A stretch of DNA of 64,000 bases from Bacteroidales bacterium (GTDB lineage Bacteria; Bacteroidota; Bacteroidia; Bacteroidales; JAFGHD01), in assembly GCA_016939365.1 (NCBI GenBank), contig JAFGHD010000130.1, positions 2,707-66,706 of the forward strand, written 5' to 3'. Below, piece after piece: positions 1 through 10,442 of this stretch (positions are counted from its first letter, which is position 1; every line of letters begins with the position of its first letter). Made by a program: the position numbers and the translations under genes. The notes beneath the pieces were generated by a model. That model had not been told where the DNA came from and searched no databases. It saw nothing but the letters and a program-made list of their open reading frames with translations.

Positions 1-1
1 G

Positions 2-1576
2 AAAATCATTGGAAATACGGATGAAGCCCTCAGGCTTTTCAGTGCCTGCCTTGAACTCGATCCTTCGGATGCGGCTTCCATGTATGAGATGGCAAAGCTC
101 TTCCTCTCAAAGGGGAAATTCGTGGAAGCTCTGGAAATGGCCCGGAAGGCTTCGGAAACGGATACGCAAAATATCTGGTACCAGCTCCTTTACGGAAACC
201 TCCTTCAGAAAACCGGCAATTATATTGAGGCGCTGGATGTGTTCAGGCGGATCGTTGAAATCCGACCGGGTAATCCCGATCTTCAAAACCAGCTTGCATT
301 GGCATATATAATGGCTGATAAGCCTGAACAAGCCATAAAGATATATGATGAGATCGAAGCGATTCTGGGAGTTCATGAAGAGACTTCACTGAGAAAGCAG
401 GAGATTTATCTCCAGATGGGCAAGGTCTCAAAGGCAATTGAAGAGACGGAACGGCTCATCGCATCCCATCCATTGGAAACACGATATTGGGCGATACTGG
501 CCGAGATGTGCATGACCAATGGCATGGAGGAAAAAGCCCTGGAAGCCTACCGGACCATTCTGGAAATCGATCCTGATAATCCGTTCACCCATATTTCACT
601 GGCCGATTACTACAGGAAGAAAGGGGATTATGACCAGGCATTCCGGGAACTGAAGGAGGGTTTCAGCAATCCCGGGCTCGAAGCCCAGGCCAAAATCCAG
701 ATACTGCTGACCTACTACCTGGTTTCCGGGGAGCGGCCCGAATTCGGCGGGGAAGCCTTTGAGCTATCACTTATTATGACTGAGGTTCACCCTGAAGATC
801 CGAAGGTTTTCTCTCTTTATGGGGACCTGCTGGCACAACGTGATGAGTACGAAAAGGCCAGGGATGCATTCAGATATGTGATCTCACTGGACAGCAGCAG
901 CTATATGGTCTGGGAGCAACTCCTGCTCTGCGAGTCGGAACTCAATAATACAGAAGCTTTGCTGTCCGAAAGCCTCAGGGCCCTGGAACTCTTTCCCGAA
1001 CAGGCCATGCTTTACCTGTTTGCAGGTGCAGCCTATTATCAGAAAAAAAGTTGGGAGGAATGCATCGCCACCCTGAGTAAGGGACTGGATTATGTCATTG
1101 ACAATTCCCCGATGATGATCCAGTTTTATACCTATCTTGGTGATGCCTATAACCAAACGGGAGATCATGAAAATTCGGACTTCAGCTATGAGAAGGTGCT
1201 TGAACTGGAACCTGACAATGATTACGTATTGAACAACTGGGCCTATTACCTGTCCCTCCGGAATGAAAACCTTGAAACTGCAGCCAGGATGGCGAAAAGG
1301 GCAACTGAGCTAAAACCCGGGAGTTCAGCCAACCTTGATACCTACGGATGGGTGCTTTATCAGATGGGTTATTTCGAAGAGGCAAAGCTTTGGATCGGAA
1401 AGGCTTTGGAGAATGACGGTGATACAAATCCGGTAATCCTCGAGCATTACGGTGATGTGCTGTATCAACTTGGGGAAAGGAATGATGCCCGCCAGTACTG
1501 GAACCGTGCCCGCGAAATGGGCGAGGGATCCGAATTCCTTGAGAAAAAGGCTGAAGAGGGCGTTCTGTATGAATAG
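2..1576 (+). CDS. TPR-repeat protein (5' end truncated by window edge)
   Basis: ORF 80..1576 (498 aa). The same frame stays open back to nt 2 (KIIGNTDEALRLFSACLELDPSDAAS-MYEMAKLF), which is itself a TPR unit, so the true start is upstream of the window. Many TPR signatures, e.g. ALEAYRTILEIDPDNP, SYEKVLELEPDND, AARMAKRATELKPGS. Confidence 0.8.
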   Translation, partial: KIIGNTDEALRLFSACLELDPSDAASMYEMAKLFLSKGKFVEALEMARKASETDTQNIWYQLLYGNLLQKTGNYIEALDVFRRIVEIRPGNPDLQNQLALAYIMADKPEQAIKIYDEIEAILGVHEETSLRKQEIYLQMGKVSKAIEETERLIASHPLETRYWAILAEMCMTNGMEEKALEAYRTILEIDPDNPFTHISLADYYRKKGDYDQAFRELKEGFSNPGLEAQAKIQILLTYYLVSGERPEFGGEAFELSLIMTEVHPEDPKVFSLYGDLLAQRDEYEKARDAFRYVISLDSSSYMVWEQLLLCESELNNTEALLSESLRALELFPEQAMLYLFAGAAYYQKKSWEECIATLSKGLDYVIDNSPMMIQFYTYLGDAYNQTGDHENSDFSYEKVLELEPDNDYVLNNWAYYLSLRNENLETAARMAKRATELKPGSSANLDTYGWVLYQMGYFEEAKLWIGKALENDGDTNPVILEHYGDVLYQLGERNDARQYWNRAREMGEGSEFLEKKAEEGVLYE

Positions 1577-2444
1577 AAACGGAAAATATTCCGGTTCGTT
1601 TAATACCAAATTGTTACACCATTTGACGGCGCAGGGGATCAGACTTATTTTCCTTGCAATGATGATCGTTTTCAGTGTAACATCATGTCAGTCCTACCGC
1701 AAGGTCGTCAAAGAGCCGCTCAAGGAATACGGGGCGGATTACCTCTTCAAGAAACTCAAGGAAAACGAGCTCAGGTGGGAATGGTTTTCTGCCCAGTTTG
1801 CCGCAGACATCATCATTGATAAAAAGAAAAACTCCTTTTCGGGACAGATCAGGATGAAACGTGACAGTGCCCTGTGGATATCATTTTCACCTGCTCTGGG
1901 TATTGAAATGATGAGGCTTCTGCTCACCAATGACTCCGTCAGGTTCATCAACAGGATCAACAACACCTATTTCACAGGCTCCAGTGAGAACATCAATGCC
2001 ATGCTGGATGCGAATATTGATTATGATGTAATTCAGTCCATCCTGCTGGGAAATGACCTGACCTATTATGAGGAAGGAAGATTCCGGGCGACCTACGACA
2101 GCCGGGAATACCATCTGGTCACCACAGGAAGGGCAAAGCTGAAAAAATACGTCAAAACGCTTCAGGACGAAGAGCGCATTTATATTCAGAATATCTTTAT
2201 GGATCCGCTTTCTTTCAAGATCACCCAGATGAAGATCAAGGAAGTGAAACGGGAGAACAAGAAGCTTGATGCATTCTACAGCGACTTCAGGGAAATCGGC
2301 GGGCAGTTATTCCCGCACAGAATCTTTTATGATCTGGTGGCTGACATACCTGTACAGGTCAGCATTGAGTACACCCGGATCACCCTGGATACACCCCATC
2401 GGTTTATTTTCAGGATACCGGAAAAATATACAAGAATTCAATGA
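1569..2444 (+). CDS. Lipoprotein, DUF4292 (LolB-like) type
   Basis: Internal ATG at 1569 overlaps the TPR stop (1574-1576). The N-terminus MNRNGKYSG...LAMMIVFSVTSCQS is a signal peptide plus lipobox Cys. It sits between a TPR gene and an EnvC-like gene, the arrangement I associate with DUF4292 in Bacteroidota. The family name is from memory. Confidence 0.6.
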   Translation: MNRNGKYSGSFNTKLLHHLTAQGIRLIFLAMMIVFSVTSCQSYRKVVKEPLKEYGADYLFKKLKENELRWEWFSAQFAADIIIDKKKNSFSGQIRMKRDSALWISFSPALGIEMMRLLLTNDSVRFINRINNTYFTGSSENINAMLDANIDYDVIQSILLGNDLTYYEEGRFRATYDSREYHLVTTGRAKLKKYVKTLQDEERIYIQNIFMDPLSFKITQMKIKEVKRENKKLDAFYSDFREIGGQLFPHRIFYDLVADIPVQVSIEYTRITLDTPHRFIFRIPEKYTRIQ

Positions 2445-2484
2445 TCATGATCCGGATTCGGTCCCGGTCAGCTTCATTCCTGTC

Positions 2485-3735
2485 ATGAGCGAACGCGGTT
2501 ACAAGAAATCAGTCAGCTCTTCCGGATATATTTTCCTGACCCTGGTATTATTCCTTCCTTCATTGATGCTTCAATCACAGCAAAGCAGGAAGGAACAGCT
2601 TCAATCGGAAAAGCTCCGGATCGAAGAGGAAATGCGGTTTACTACTCAACTGCTGGAAGAGACGCAAAAGAACAAAAGAACATCCCTGGATCAGCTGCTG
2701 ATCCTGAGAAAAAGAATCTCCGACAGGGAGATGTTGATACAGACCGTCAACCGGGAGATTGAAATCACTGAAGAAAAGATAGCACGGAATAATGAAATCA
2801 TAACAGAACTGACCAGGGACCTTGAGCATCTCAAGGATGAGTACGCCCGGATGGTATACTACGCCTATAAAAACCGGAATGCATACGACCGGTTGATGTT
2901 CATCTTTTCTGCGGAGGATTTCAACCAGGCCTTCAGGCGAATGAAATATTTCCAGCAGTATTCCCTGTACCGGAAGACACAGGCGGGGCTGATCATCAGG
3001 ACGCGGGATGAGATCGCAACGGCCGTGTCACAGCTTGAAGAGGACAAACGTGCAAAGCTGTCCCTTCTTCAGGAACAGCAGGAAGCCAGGAGGCAGCTCG
3101 ACCAAGAGATCGTTCTTCAGGATCAATCGGTGCAGGATCTGAGCAGCAGGGAAAAAGAGCTGAGGGCCTCCCTGAAGGAAAAAGAGTCAGCAGCCCTGAA
3201 TCTGCAGAAGGAAATAGAGAGGATCATTGCAGAGGAAATTCGCCTGGCGGCAAACAAGGCCGGGACCACTCCCACAGGCACCTATGCACTCACTCCCGAG
3301 GAGCTTGCTCTGTCAAACGATTTTCAGTCGAACAAGGGCAGGCTTCCGTGGCCTCTGGAGAGGGGTATTATTTCCAGCGGGTTCGGAGAGCATAACCACC
3401 CGGTGCTGAAGAATGTCAAAACCCGTAACAACGGCATCAATATCCTTACTGAGCCTGATTCCAGGGCCAGGGCAGTCTTCAGCGGAACAGTCACCCGCGT
3501 GATGACCATTCCGAATTATAACTTCGTCGTAATGATTCGCCACGGTGAGTACCTTTCGGTCTATTCCAACCTGAACCAGGTGGAGGTGGAAAACGGTCAG
3601 AGTATCGCCACCAAGCAGGTTATCGGAAGGGTATTCACTGATTCCCGCGAAAATAAGACCGAACTTCACTTCGAGCTTTGGAAGGGCAAGGAACTGCTTG
3701 ATCCTCAGCTCTGGCTTGCGGGAACCTCCCGGTAA
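2485..3735 (+). CDS. EnvC-like murein hydrolase activator (coiled coil + degenerate M23/LytM domain)
   Basis: ATG 2485 is the first in-frame Met after the upstream stop. The N-terminus has a hydrophobic anchor (IFLTLVLFLPSLML) followed by a long coiled coil (QSEKLRIEEEMRFTTQLLEE..., LQEQQEARRQLDQEI). The C-terminal LytM fold reads GINILTEP...FSGTVTRV...RHGEYLSVYSNL...ELHFELW. The usual HxxxD is N-N-G-I-N and the HxH is E-L-H, so the zinc ligands are missing, as in EnvC. Confidence 0.8.
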   Translation: MSERGYKKSVSSSGYIFLTLVLFLPSLMLQSQQSRKEQLQSEKLRIEEEMRFTTQLLEETQKNKRTSLDQLLILRKRISDREMLIQTVNREIEITEEKIARNNEIITELTRDLEHLKDEYARMVYYAYKNRNAYDRLMFIFSAEDFNQAFRRMKYFQQYSLYRKTQAGLIIRTRDEIATAVSQLEEDKRAKLSLLQEQQEARRQLDQEIVLQDQSVQDLSSREKELRASLKEKESAALNLQKEIERIIAEEIRLAANKAGTTPTGTYALTPEELALSNDFQSNKGRLPWPLERGIISSGFGEHNHPVLKNVKTRNNGINILTEPDSRARAVFSGTVTRVMTIPNYNFVVMIRHGEYLSVYSNLNQVEVENGQSIATKQVIGRVFTDSRENKTELHFELWKGKELLDPQLWLAGTSR

Positions 3736-3747
3736 AATACCATTGAA

Positions 3748-3789
3748 AGGCTGTCACAAATGTTTTGAAAAACCCATCTGAGACAGCCT
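3748..3789. terminator. Possible bidirectional hairpin between convergent genes
   Basis: AGGCTGTC (3748-3755) pairs with GACAGCCT (3782-3789). The stem is 8 bp but the loop is 26 nt and there is no clean T tract, so this is weak. Confidence 0.3.
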
Positions 3790-3799
3790 CCCTCAGACA

Positions 3800-6763
3800 T
3801 CAGTAATTGAAAACTTCCTTCAGGCTCAGTTCAGTGACAGGTCCCAGCTGGGAAAGGACATTCATATCGAGAAGGTCTCTGTTGCCCATGACCAGGAAAA
3901 TGTAATGGTTACCCCGGATATGTTCATTGAAGAATCCGCCGAATCGCTCCAGATCCGTGTGATGGGCGTAATCATAGATGTCTTTCCGGATGTCGTGATC
4001 GATACCTTTGTCCCTGTTGCCAAGGTATGTCCAGAAAATGTTGGTTTTAATGATGCGTTCGGAATCGATCTGTTTAATGATCGACTCTTTGGCAAGTTCA
4101 AACTGCTTTTCGGCACGCGGCATATCATTCATGAGTCCCAGCATGGCATCTGTGGCAATCTTCAGCTTGTCTGCCTGTGTACCGACAAAACCGTACACAT
4201 AATGTGAGTCTTCCTTTCGTGAGGGGGTGGAAAATACCGCGTAAGCTGAATAGGCAAGAGCACGCGATTCGCGGATCTCCTGAAATACGATGGATGACAG
4301 TCCCGAACCGAAGTATTCCCCGAAAAGCCGGGCGGGAGGGATCAGCTCCTGGTTAAAGCCAGGACCCCGGGAAAGCATCACGATGCTGGTCTGAACCATA
4401 TCGTAATTGACGAAAAATATCCTGGTTTCATCTGTGGCCAATTCAGGAAACCGAAGAGGCTCGGGGCAGGGCTTCAGCTCTCCGGGAAAGCCGTGGTAGT
4501 GATTCAGGAGGGGAGTCACGGTTCCCAGATCCTGGGGGCCATAATAGAACAACAGATGCTCAAAACTGCAAATCTCTTTCAAAAGGCCGGTCAATTCTTC
4601 CGGTTTCTGGGCACGCAGCTCATCTTCTGACAATATGTGAGTAAAGGGATTGTCTTTCCCGAACTTACCATAATTGAACATGCCGTTCCACAGAATGGTC
4701 GACTTGTTGAGTTTCGCATCCGTGCGGCTTTTCAGTATTCCATCCACATAATCGTCATATACCTGCTGGTCAGGTTGCACATTCTGAAGCACATGCTCCA
4801 TCAACTCGATTCCTTTTTCAAAGGATTTCATCAGGCCGCTGATCGAAATGTAGCATCTTTCATCTCCGGCATACACGTTCATGGAAAGGCCCAGACGGAA
4901 AAACTCTTTCTGAAGATCCGGTGGGGCGAAGCGGTCAGTGCCAAGATAAGGCAGATAATTGACTGCCAGCGGGATATTGAGGTCATGTTTCGACCCCATA
5001 TCGATGATATACTGCATCTCAAACAGCTCGTTCGACTGGTTTCTGATATAATAGAACGGTATCCCGCTTTTCAGGGAATCCTGAGTGATCTGATCATCGA
5101 AATCCACGAAAACCGGCCTGATGGTATCCGAGGGCATCTCCATGTATGCCTTGTAGAACTCTGACTGATCCTCACGGTTTATCTGGACCGGGGTCATTTC
5201 CGGTTTTTCCACCTTCACCACCCCCTTGCTCTCCCCGGTTCTTTTGTAAACGATTACGTAATTATCCTTGTAATTTTCCTGTGCAAAACGGATCAGATCT
5301 TCCCTGGCGATCTTACTGATCTCATCGAGGAATGCCAGATGATCGGTATATGGAATCCTGGAGATGAAAACGCCCATCATTTCATAGGCCCGGGAGAAAT
5401 TCCGTTCCTGAGAGCGGATTCTCGAAAGCTTCATATCATTGACTACTGCCTCGATCATCCAGTCGTCAAACTCGCCATTCTTAACCTTTTCAATCTCACC
5501 CAGGATAAGGTCCCTCACCTCCTCCAGAGTCTGCCCCTCCCTGGGCCTTCCCATGAAGTTATGAATGCCGTAATCCCTCATAAACCAGGCAGAGGATCCG
5601 GCCCTCAACACTTTCTGCTTCTGATTGAGATCGAGATCTATCAGGCCTGCCTGGCTGTTACTGAGGATCATGTCGATCAGGGTGACATATTTCTCATCCT
5701 CCGAGTTTTCACCGGCAAACCGGTAGGCCATCAACAGGGCCTCTGCATCCGGACCGATCACCTCCCTGATCACAGGTTCTGTGACCGGTTCCTCAACAGG
5801 TAGTTGTAAATCAGGCAAGTCCGGATTGGAGATGAAATCTCCGAAATATTTGTCGATCAGCAGAATGGTCTTTTCGAAATCGAGATCACCGGAGAGTGCA
5901 ATGGCCATGTTATTGGGAACATACCACATTTTTGCAAACTCATAAATATTCACCATCGACGGATTTTTCAAATGTTCGGGGAGGCCGATCACATCACGAC
6001 CGTAAGGATGCACGGGGAACAGACCGGCCATCAGGGCTTTGTTTGCACGGGACATATCATTATCCTGGTACATATTGAATTCTTCATAGACCGTTTCCAA
6101 CTCCGTATGGAACAACCGGAGAACAATATCCCGGAATCGTTCGCTTTCCAATACGAGCCATTTCTCCAGTTCATTGGAAGGGATATCGTTCATGTATACC
6201 GTTGATTCATAAGAGGTGCCGGCATTGGTTCTTTTGGCGCCCAAGCTGGAAACCATTTTATCATATTCGTTGGCGGCAACCAGACCGGCGGCAAGTGTGG
6301 AAACACTATCGATCTTCCGGTAGATATCCTTCTTTTCCGCAGAGTCTTCCGTGGCCCTATGCTGCTCAAAAAGAGCGGATATCTGATCAAGCAGTTCTTT
6401 CTCCCTTTCCCAGTTCAGAGTGCCGATCTGGTCAGTCCCCTTGAACATCATATGCTCGAAATAGTGAGCCAGTCCGGTTGTTTCGTAGGGATCCGATGTA
6501 GAGCCGGCACGTACCCCGATCAGGGTGGCTACCCTGGGCTCATCAGGCATATAACTCATGTACACCTTCAAACCGTTATCCAGAATATAAATCCTCGCCT
6601 TCAAGGGATCCTGGGTAACATATTCGTAAGTATACCCGTTTGCATCCCTTCCGGTCTTCAGCCGGTACTTCTCCTGGCCGCAGGAAGACACAAGCAGAAT
6701 CATCAATGCCGAAAGGCAGACGACACAAAAAAAACTTTCACAGAAGCCTTTGTTGAGTTTCAT
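3800..6763 (-). CDS. M16 (pitrilysin/insulinase) family zinc peptidase, lipoprotein
   Basis: 987 aa. Signal peptide plus lipobox (LMILLVSSCGQ). Inverted zinc motif HxxEH in GLAHYFEHMMFKGT. The size fits a double M16 active/inactive domain pair. Confidence 0.85.
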   Translation of the reverse strand: MKLNKGFCESFFCVVCLSALMILLVSSCGQEKYRLKTGRDANGYTYEYVTQDPLKARIYILDNGLKVYMSYMPDEPRVATLIGVRAGSTSDPYETTGLAHYFEHMMFKGTDQIGTLNWEREKELLDQISALFEQHRATEDSAEKKDIYRKIDSVSTLAAGLVAANEYDKMVSSLGAKRTNAGTSYESTVYMNDIPSNELEKWLVLESERFRDIVLRLFHTELETVYEEFNMYQDNDMSRANKALMAGLFPVHPYGRDVIGLPEHLKNPSMVNIYEFAKMWYVPNNMAIALSGDLDFEKTILLIDKYFGDFISNPDLPDLQLPVEEPVTEPVIREVIGPDAEALLMAYRFAGENSEDEKYVTLIDMILSNSQAGLIDLDLNQKQKVLRAGSSAWFMRDYGIHNFMGRPREGQTLEEVRDLILGEIEKVKNGEFDDWMIEAVVNDMKLSRIRSQERNFSRAYEMMGVFISRIPYTDHLAFLDEISKIAREDLIRFAQENYKDNYVIVYKRTGESKGVVKVEKPEMTPVQINREDQSEFYKAYMEMPSDTIRPVFVDFDDQITQDSLKSGIPFYYIRNQSNELFEMQYIIDMGSKHDLNIPLAVNYLPYLGTDRFAPPDLQKEFFRLGLSMNVYAGDERCYISISGLMKSFEKGIELMEHVLQNVQPDQQVYDDYVDGILKSRTDAKLNKSTILWNGMFNYGKFGKDNPFTHILSEDELRAQKPEELTGLLKEICSFEHLLFYYGPQDLGTVTPLLNHYHGFPGELKPCPEPLRFPELATDETRIFFVNYDMVQTSIVMLSRGPGFNQELIPPARLFGEYFGSGLSSIVFQEIRESRALAYSAYAVFSTPSRKEDSHYVYGFVGTQADKLKIATDAMLGLMNDMPRAEKQFELAKESIIKQIDSERIIKTNIFWTYLGNRDKGIDHDIRKDIYDYAHHTDLERFGGFFNEHIRGNHYIFLVMGNRDLLDMNVLSQLGPVTELSLKEVFNY

Positions 6764-7147
6764 AATATGTTGTTTTTGGAATGGAGCCTGGTAGTATTTT
6801 TGTGCAATCCTACTTCATCTTGAATAGATATCTCATCTTTCTCATCAGGTGGGCATTGAACGAAACGGAACCGTCCCATATCAAAAAAGACAGTAAAAAT
6901 CTCGTATTGGTTGTAGCAGCAGGGGCCAGGTATTCTCATTGAACTGCTAAAGTTAACAGTTCTTCCATTTGTTTCTACATTCCGGCATCTTTTTTTCCCA
7001 CTTGCGGAAGAATTTCGGAATTTTGCCATGTCGAACCTGATGAATCACAATTTTGGCACATAACTTGAGACAAAAAGATTCTCAGGCTTTTGCCGCATGC
7101 ATGAATTCATTCAAAACATTGAGATCCACATATAAAGAGAACAAGTC

Positions 7148-7798
7148 ATGAGGGTATTTCTTTCTTTGTTTTTATTGCTCGCACTTAAATGGTCTTCTTT
7201 TTCCCAGGGCGGTGAAGAATATATGATGGTGATGGTGAAGAACCTGAAGGCATTAAAGATGTCGCATACCGAACAGGATTTCATTTCTCTTGCAGGTACC
7301 TTTGAAAACCTGTGTGATGCACAGGGAGATCAATGGCATCCGCTCTATTATGCGGCATTGTGTTACATCAATGCGAGCTTTGTCACGAAGGATCCGGATC
7401 ACCGGGATCCCAGCCTTGATAAAGCCCAGGTCATTCTGGACAAGGCAATGATGCTTTATCCGGACGAATCGGAGCTCTTTGTGCTTCAAGGACTCCTGTA
7501 TCAGGGAAGAATTCAGGTGGATCCGGCAGAAAGGGGCTACGCTTACCTCACCCGGGCCTCACAAGCCCTGGAGACGGCCATAACCTATAATCCCGAAAAT
7601 CCGCGGGCATATTACCTGATGGGTATCAACACACTGGCTTCGGCGGCGGCTGCCGGAGAGGGCAAAGAAGAAGCCTGCAAATTGTTCCGGAAAGCCCAAA
7701 ACCTGTTCGATGCAGCCATTCCCGGTCACGTTCTTTCTCCCACATGGGGTGGGGAAGACAATGACCAGCGATATCAATCAAACTGCCTTTCCAGGTAA
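7148..7798 (+). CDS. Hypothetical secreted protein (helical, TPR-like)
   Basis: 216 aa with the signal peptide MRVFLSLFLLLALKWSSFSQ. No family motif recognised. Lies directly upstream of the LytS/LytTR pair. Confidence 0.5.
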   Translation: MRVFLSLFLLLALKWSSFSQGGEEYMMVMVKNLKALKMSHTEQDFISLAGTFENLCDAQGDQWHPLYYAALCYINASFVTKDPDHRDPSLDKAQVILDKAMMLYPDESELFVLQGLLYQGRIQVDPAERGYAYLTRASQALETAITYNPENPRAYYLMGINTLASAAAAGEGKEEACKLFRKAQNLFDAAIPGHVLSPTWGGEDNDQRYQSNCLSR

Positions 7799-7806
7799 AC
7801 CGCTCT

Positions 7807-8871
7807 ATGTCGCCCCACAACCACACCCCCCAAAAATGGCATCGCGTTCTGCTGGGACATACCCGTGACATTCTTATCGTTACGGCGGTTGGGGATTTTT
7901 TCTTCTTTGTTTTCGACCCCGGAAATTTCAATACCCTGCATACCATTCTGGTCAATTCGGCCTATTCAGCATCTGTGGGCGGAGTCATCTGGAAAGGTAT
8001 TGAACTGGTCAGCTATTTCCTGCACGGTATTTACAGCTTCAAGGAAGAACCCGGGCGCGCATTGGTTTGGAACCTGTTCTATACATTCATCTATTCACTG
8101 GTGGCCATTCTGGGAATGAATTACCTGTGGGTGGTCGTTCTGATGGATTTACCCGGTACCTTTCTCTTTTCAGAATCCTTCATCATTGTGATGGTCATTC
8201 AGTGGGTGGTAACTATCACGATCACCTCCATTTTTTACTCGATCGGTTTTTTCAGGGCCTGGCGGGAGGCGGCCGTCAGCGAGGAAAAACTCCGGGGCGA
8301 ACGTATCACGCTCCAGTACAACGCGCTGAGAAATCAGGTCAATCCTCATTTCCTCTTCAACAGCCTGAACACGCTTACCTCAATAGTACACAATGATCCT
8401 GACATGGCCGTCCGGTTTATCAGGCAACTGTCCGAAGTTTACCGGTACCTGCTGGATCAACGTGCCAACGACGTTGTCAGCCTCACTTCAGAGATCGCCT
8501 TTGTCGAGAAGTACATCTTCCTCCAGAAGATCAGGCATGGTCAGAGCCTGAATTTCGATATGCGAATTACCGGCAATACGGACGACCTGTTGGTCGTCCC
8601 AATTTCACTCCAGATGCTGGTTGAGAATGCGATCAAACACAATGTCATCACATCTGAACGCCCTCTGAGAATCTCCCTTGAGAAAGAAAATGAATATATC
8701 ATAGTCAGGAACAATCTTCAGAAGAAAAACACAACATCCGGTTCCAACGGGATCGGTCTGGATAATATCTGCAGCCGTTATGAACATCTGACAAGCCGTA
8801 AATGTATCATTTTGCCTGAAGGAGATGAATTTATCGTAAAATTGCCCTTGCTTTACCATTCCAACCCATGA
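7807..8871 (+). CDS. Sensor histidine kinase, LytS/YehU (His_kinase PF06580) type
   Basis: Multi-span hydrophobic N-terminal half. NPHFLFNSLNTLTSIV H-box region, LQMLVENAIKH N-box and GIGLDNICSRYEHL G-box. Overlaps the downstream response regulator by 4 nt. Confidence 0.8.
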   Translation: MSPHNHTPQKWHRVLLGHTRDILIVTAVGDFFFFVFDPGNFNTLHTILVNSAYSASVGGVIWKGIELVSYFLHGIYSFKEEPGRALVWNLFYTFIYSLVAILGMNYLWVVVLMDLPGTFLFSESFIIVMVIQWVVTITITSIFYSIGFFRAWREAAVSEEKLRGERITLQYNALRNQVNPHFLFNSLNTLTSIVHNDPDMAVRFIRQLSEVYRYLLDQRANDVVSLTSEIAFVEKYIFLQKIRHGQSLNFDMRITGNTDDLLVVPISLQMLVENAIKHNVITSERPLRISLEKENEYIIVRNNLQKKNTTSGSNGIGLDNICSRYEHLTSRKCIILPEGDEFIVKLPLLYHSNP

Positions 8872-9632
8872 AGGTGCTGATCATCGAAGATGAACGTCCG
8901 GCAGCTGAGATGCTTCGGAAAATGATTCTCGGGCTGGATCCCGAAGCAGATATCCTCAAGAGTATCGACTCTGTGAAAGGAAGTGTGGAATGGTTCCAGA
9001 AAAATCCGCTTCCCGACCTTGTATTCATGGACATCCAGCTGGGAGACGGCCTTAGTTTTGAAATCTTCGAGCGGATACATGTTCCCTGTCCTGTCATCTT
9101 TACCACCGCATACGATGAGTATGCGATACGGGCCTTTAAGGTCAACAGCCTGGACTATCTGCTGAAGCCGGTGAACCCTGATGAGCTGGAAGCTGCCCTG
9201 GAGAAATACCGCCTGCACTATGTGAACCGGACATGGGAAAAAGATAGGGTTCCTGAAGCCATGAAAAAGGTTATACAATGGCTGTCCGGCAAATACAAAA
9301 AAAGATTCGTGATCCGCTTTGGAGAGCATTTCCGTACTGTGGAAACAGACCAGATCCTTTACTTCCACAGTTATGAGAAGGCGACCTTTCTTCATACAGC
9401 TGACGACCATAACTATGTTGTAGATCATTCACTTGATCAGCTTGAATCAATGCTCGATCCGGGCATGTTCTTCAGGATCAACCGGAAGTATATTGTGAGC
9501 ATGCAGTCAATCCGCGACATCATTATTTACTCAAACAGCCGTCTGAAACTGGAATTGTTGCACTGTAAGGATCCGGACACCATCGTGGCCAGGGATAAAG
9601 TAAACCGCTTCAAGTCCTGGCTGAACGGATAA
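8868..9632 (+). CDS. LytTR-family response regulator
   Basis: Receiver domain MKVLIIEDERPAAE...DLVFMDIQLGDG. C-terminal LytTR DNA-binding domain (FFRINRKYIVSMQSI). Confidence 0.85.
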   Translation: MKVLIIEDERPAAEMLRKMILGLDPEADILKSIDSVKGSVEWFQKNPLPDLVFMDIQLGDGLSFEIFERIHVPCPVIFTTAYDEYAIRAFKVNSLDYLLKPVNPDELEAALEKYRLHYVNRTWEKDRVPEAMKKVIQWLSGKYKKRFVIRFGEHFRTVETDQILYFHSYEKATFLHTADDHNYVVDHSLDQLESMLDPGMFFRINRKYIVSMQSIRDIIIYSNSRLKLELLHCKDPDTIVARDKVNRFKSWLNG

Positions 9633-9754
9633 CATGATGCCTGACCCGAGAGGATACCCTTTCGTAACCAAAATCCTGTATCGCAGTATAAGTATTAATT
9701 AGCGCAATTATTCTTTTTTATAAATCAACTCAGACACATCAAAGCCCAACATCT

Positions 9755-10318
9755 ATGAGAAGAATTTACCAATTTTGTCTGCTGCTCTCGGCCATCTTTT
9801 TCCTGAGCAGCTGCCTGACCACCGAGTATAAGGAATACCGGTTCAAGCTGAACGAAAACGGATCCGGTTCCGGAACCGTGAAATTTATAAACATTGTATC
9901 GCAGGAAGATGAAGAAAAGGATGTCTCCTTCGAGGATTTCGGCGAACTGATTTCAGATTACATCGAGGGTTCCACCTTTGAGGATGAGAATCCGAACTTC
10001 ACTGTTTCGGACAAAAGGCTTTTTGAAGAGAATGGAGTACTTTGTGGCGAGGTGACCTTTACTTTTGATGACATCAACAGCATCGGATTTTTCCTTTCCA
10101 GCGACTGCGAATGTGCCCCCATCCTGTATTACCTGGGGTCGCTCTCTGAAACATTCAATGAAACGAACGGAACCTATCTGGGAGAGGAAGAAGATTTTCC
10201 GCTGATCTCATGGAATTCTGAAGCAAGGGAATTCTATTTCAAGACAACCGTTCAGGATGACCTGAGCGACTGCCACAGCCTCCTGCCCCTTTATAATACC
10301 TGGAAAGAGAGCCAGTAG
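9755..10318 (+). CDS. Hypothetical lipoprotein
   Basis: 187 aa. MRRIYQFCLLLSAIFFLSSCLT is a signal peptide plus lipobox. No recognised family. Confidence 0.55.
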   Translation: MRRIYQFCLLLSAIFFLSSCLTTEYKEYRFKLNENGSGSGTVKFINIVSQEDEEKDVSFEDFGELISDYIEGSTFEDENPNFTVSDKRLFEENGVLCGEVTFTFDDINSIGFFLSSDCECAPILYYLGSLSETFNETNGTYLGEEEDFPLISWNSEAREFYFKTTVQDDLSDCHSLLPLYNTWKESQ

Positions 10319-10442
10319 CAATAACCGGAATGATATCAGGATCCCACCTTCCGGTATGGTACCGGGGGTGGGATTATTTTCATGAGGTATCTCCATAGGG
10401 TGAAAGATAATTTATATGTTTGTTACTCCAAACAACATGACA

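Noticed and set aside
9-311. 100-aa plus-strand ORF at the window start
   Set aside because: It is out of frame with the TPR gene, whose frame is open from nt 2 and shows TPR motifs, and it has an Arg/Ser/Trp-rich composition.
6760-7029. 89-aa minus-strand ORF in the divergent region between the M16 peptidase gene and the 7148 gene
   Set aside because: It would overlap the M16 start codon region. It has no recognisable features and lies in an AT-rich promoter-like spacer, so it is probably non-coding.
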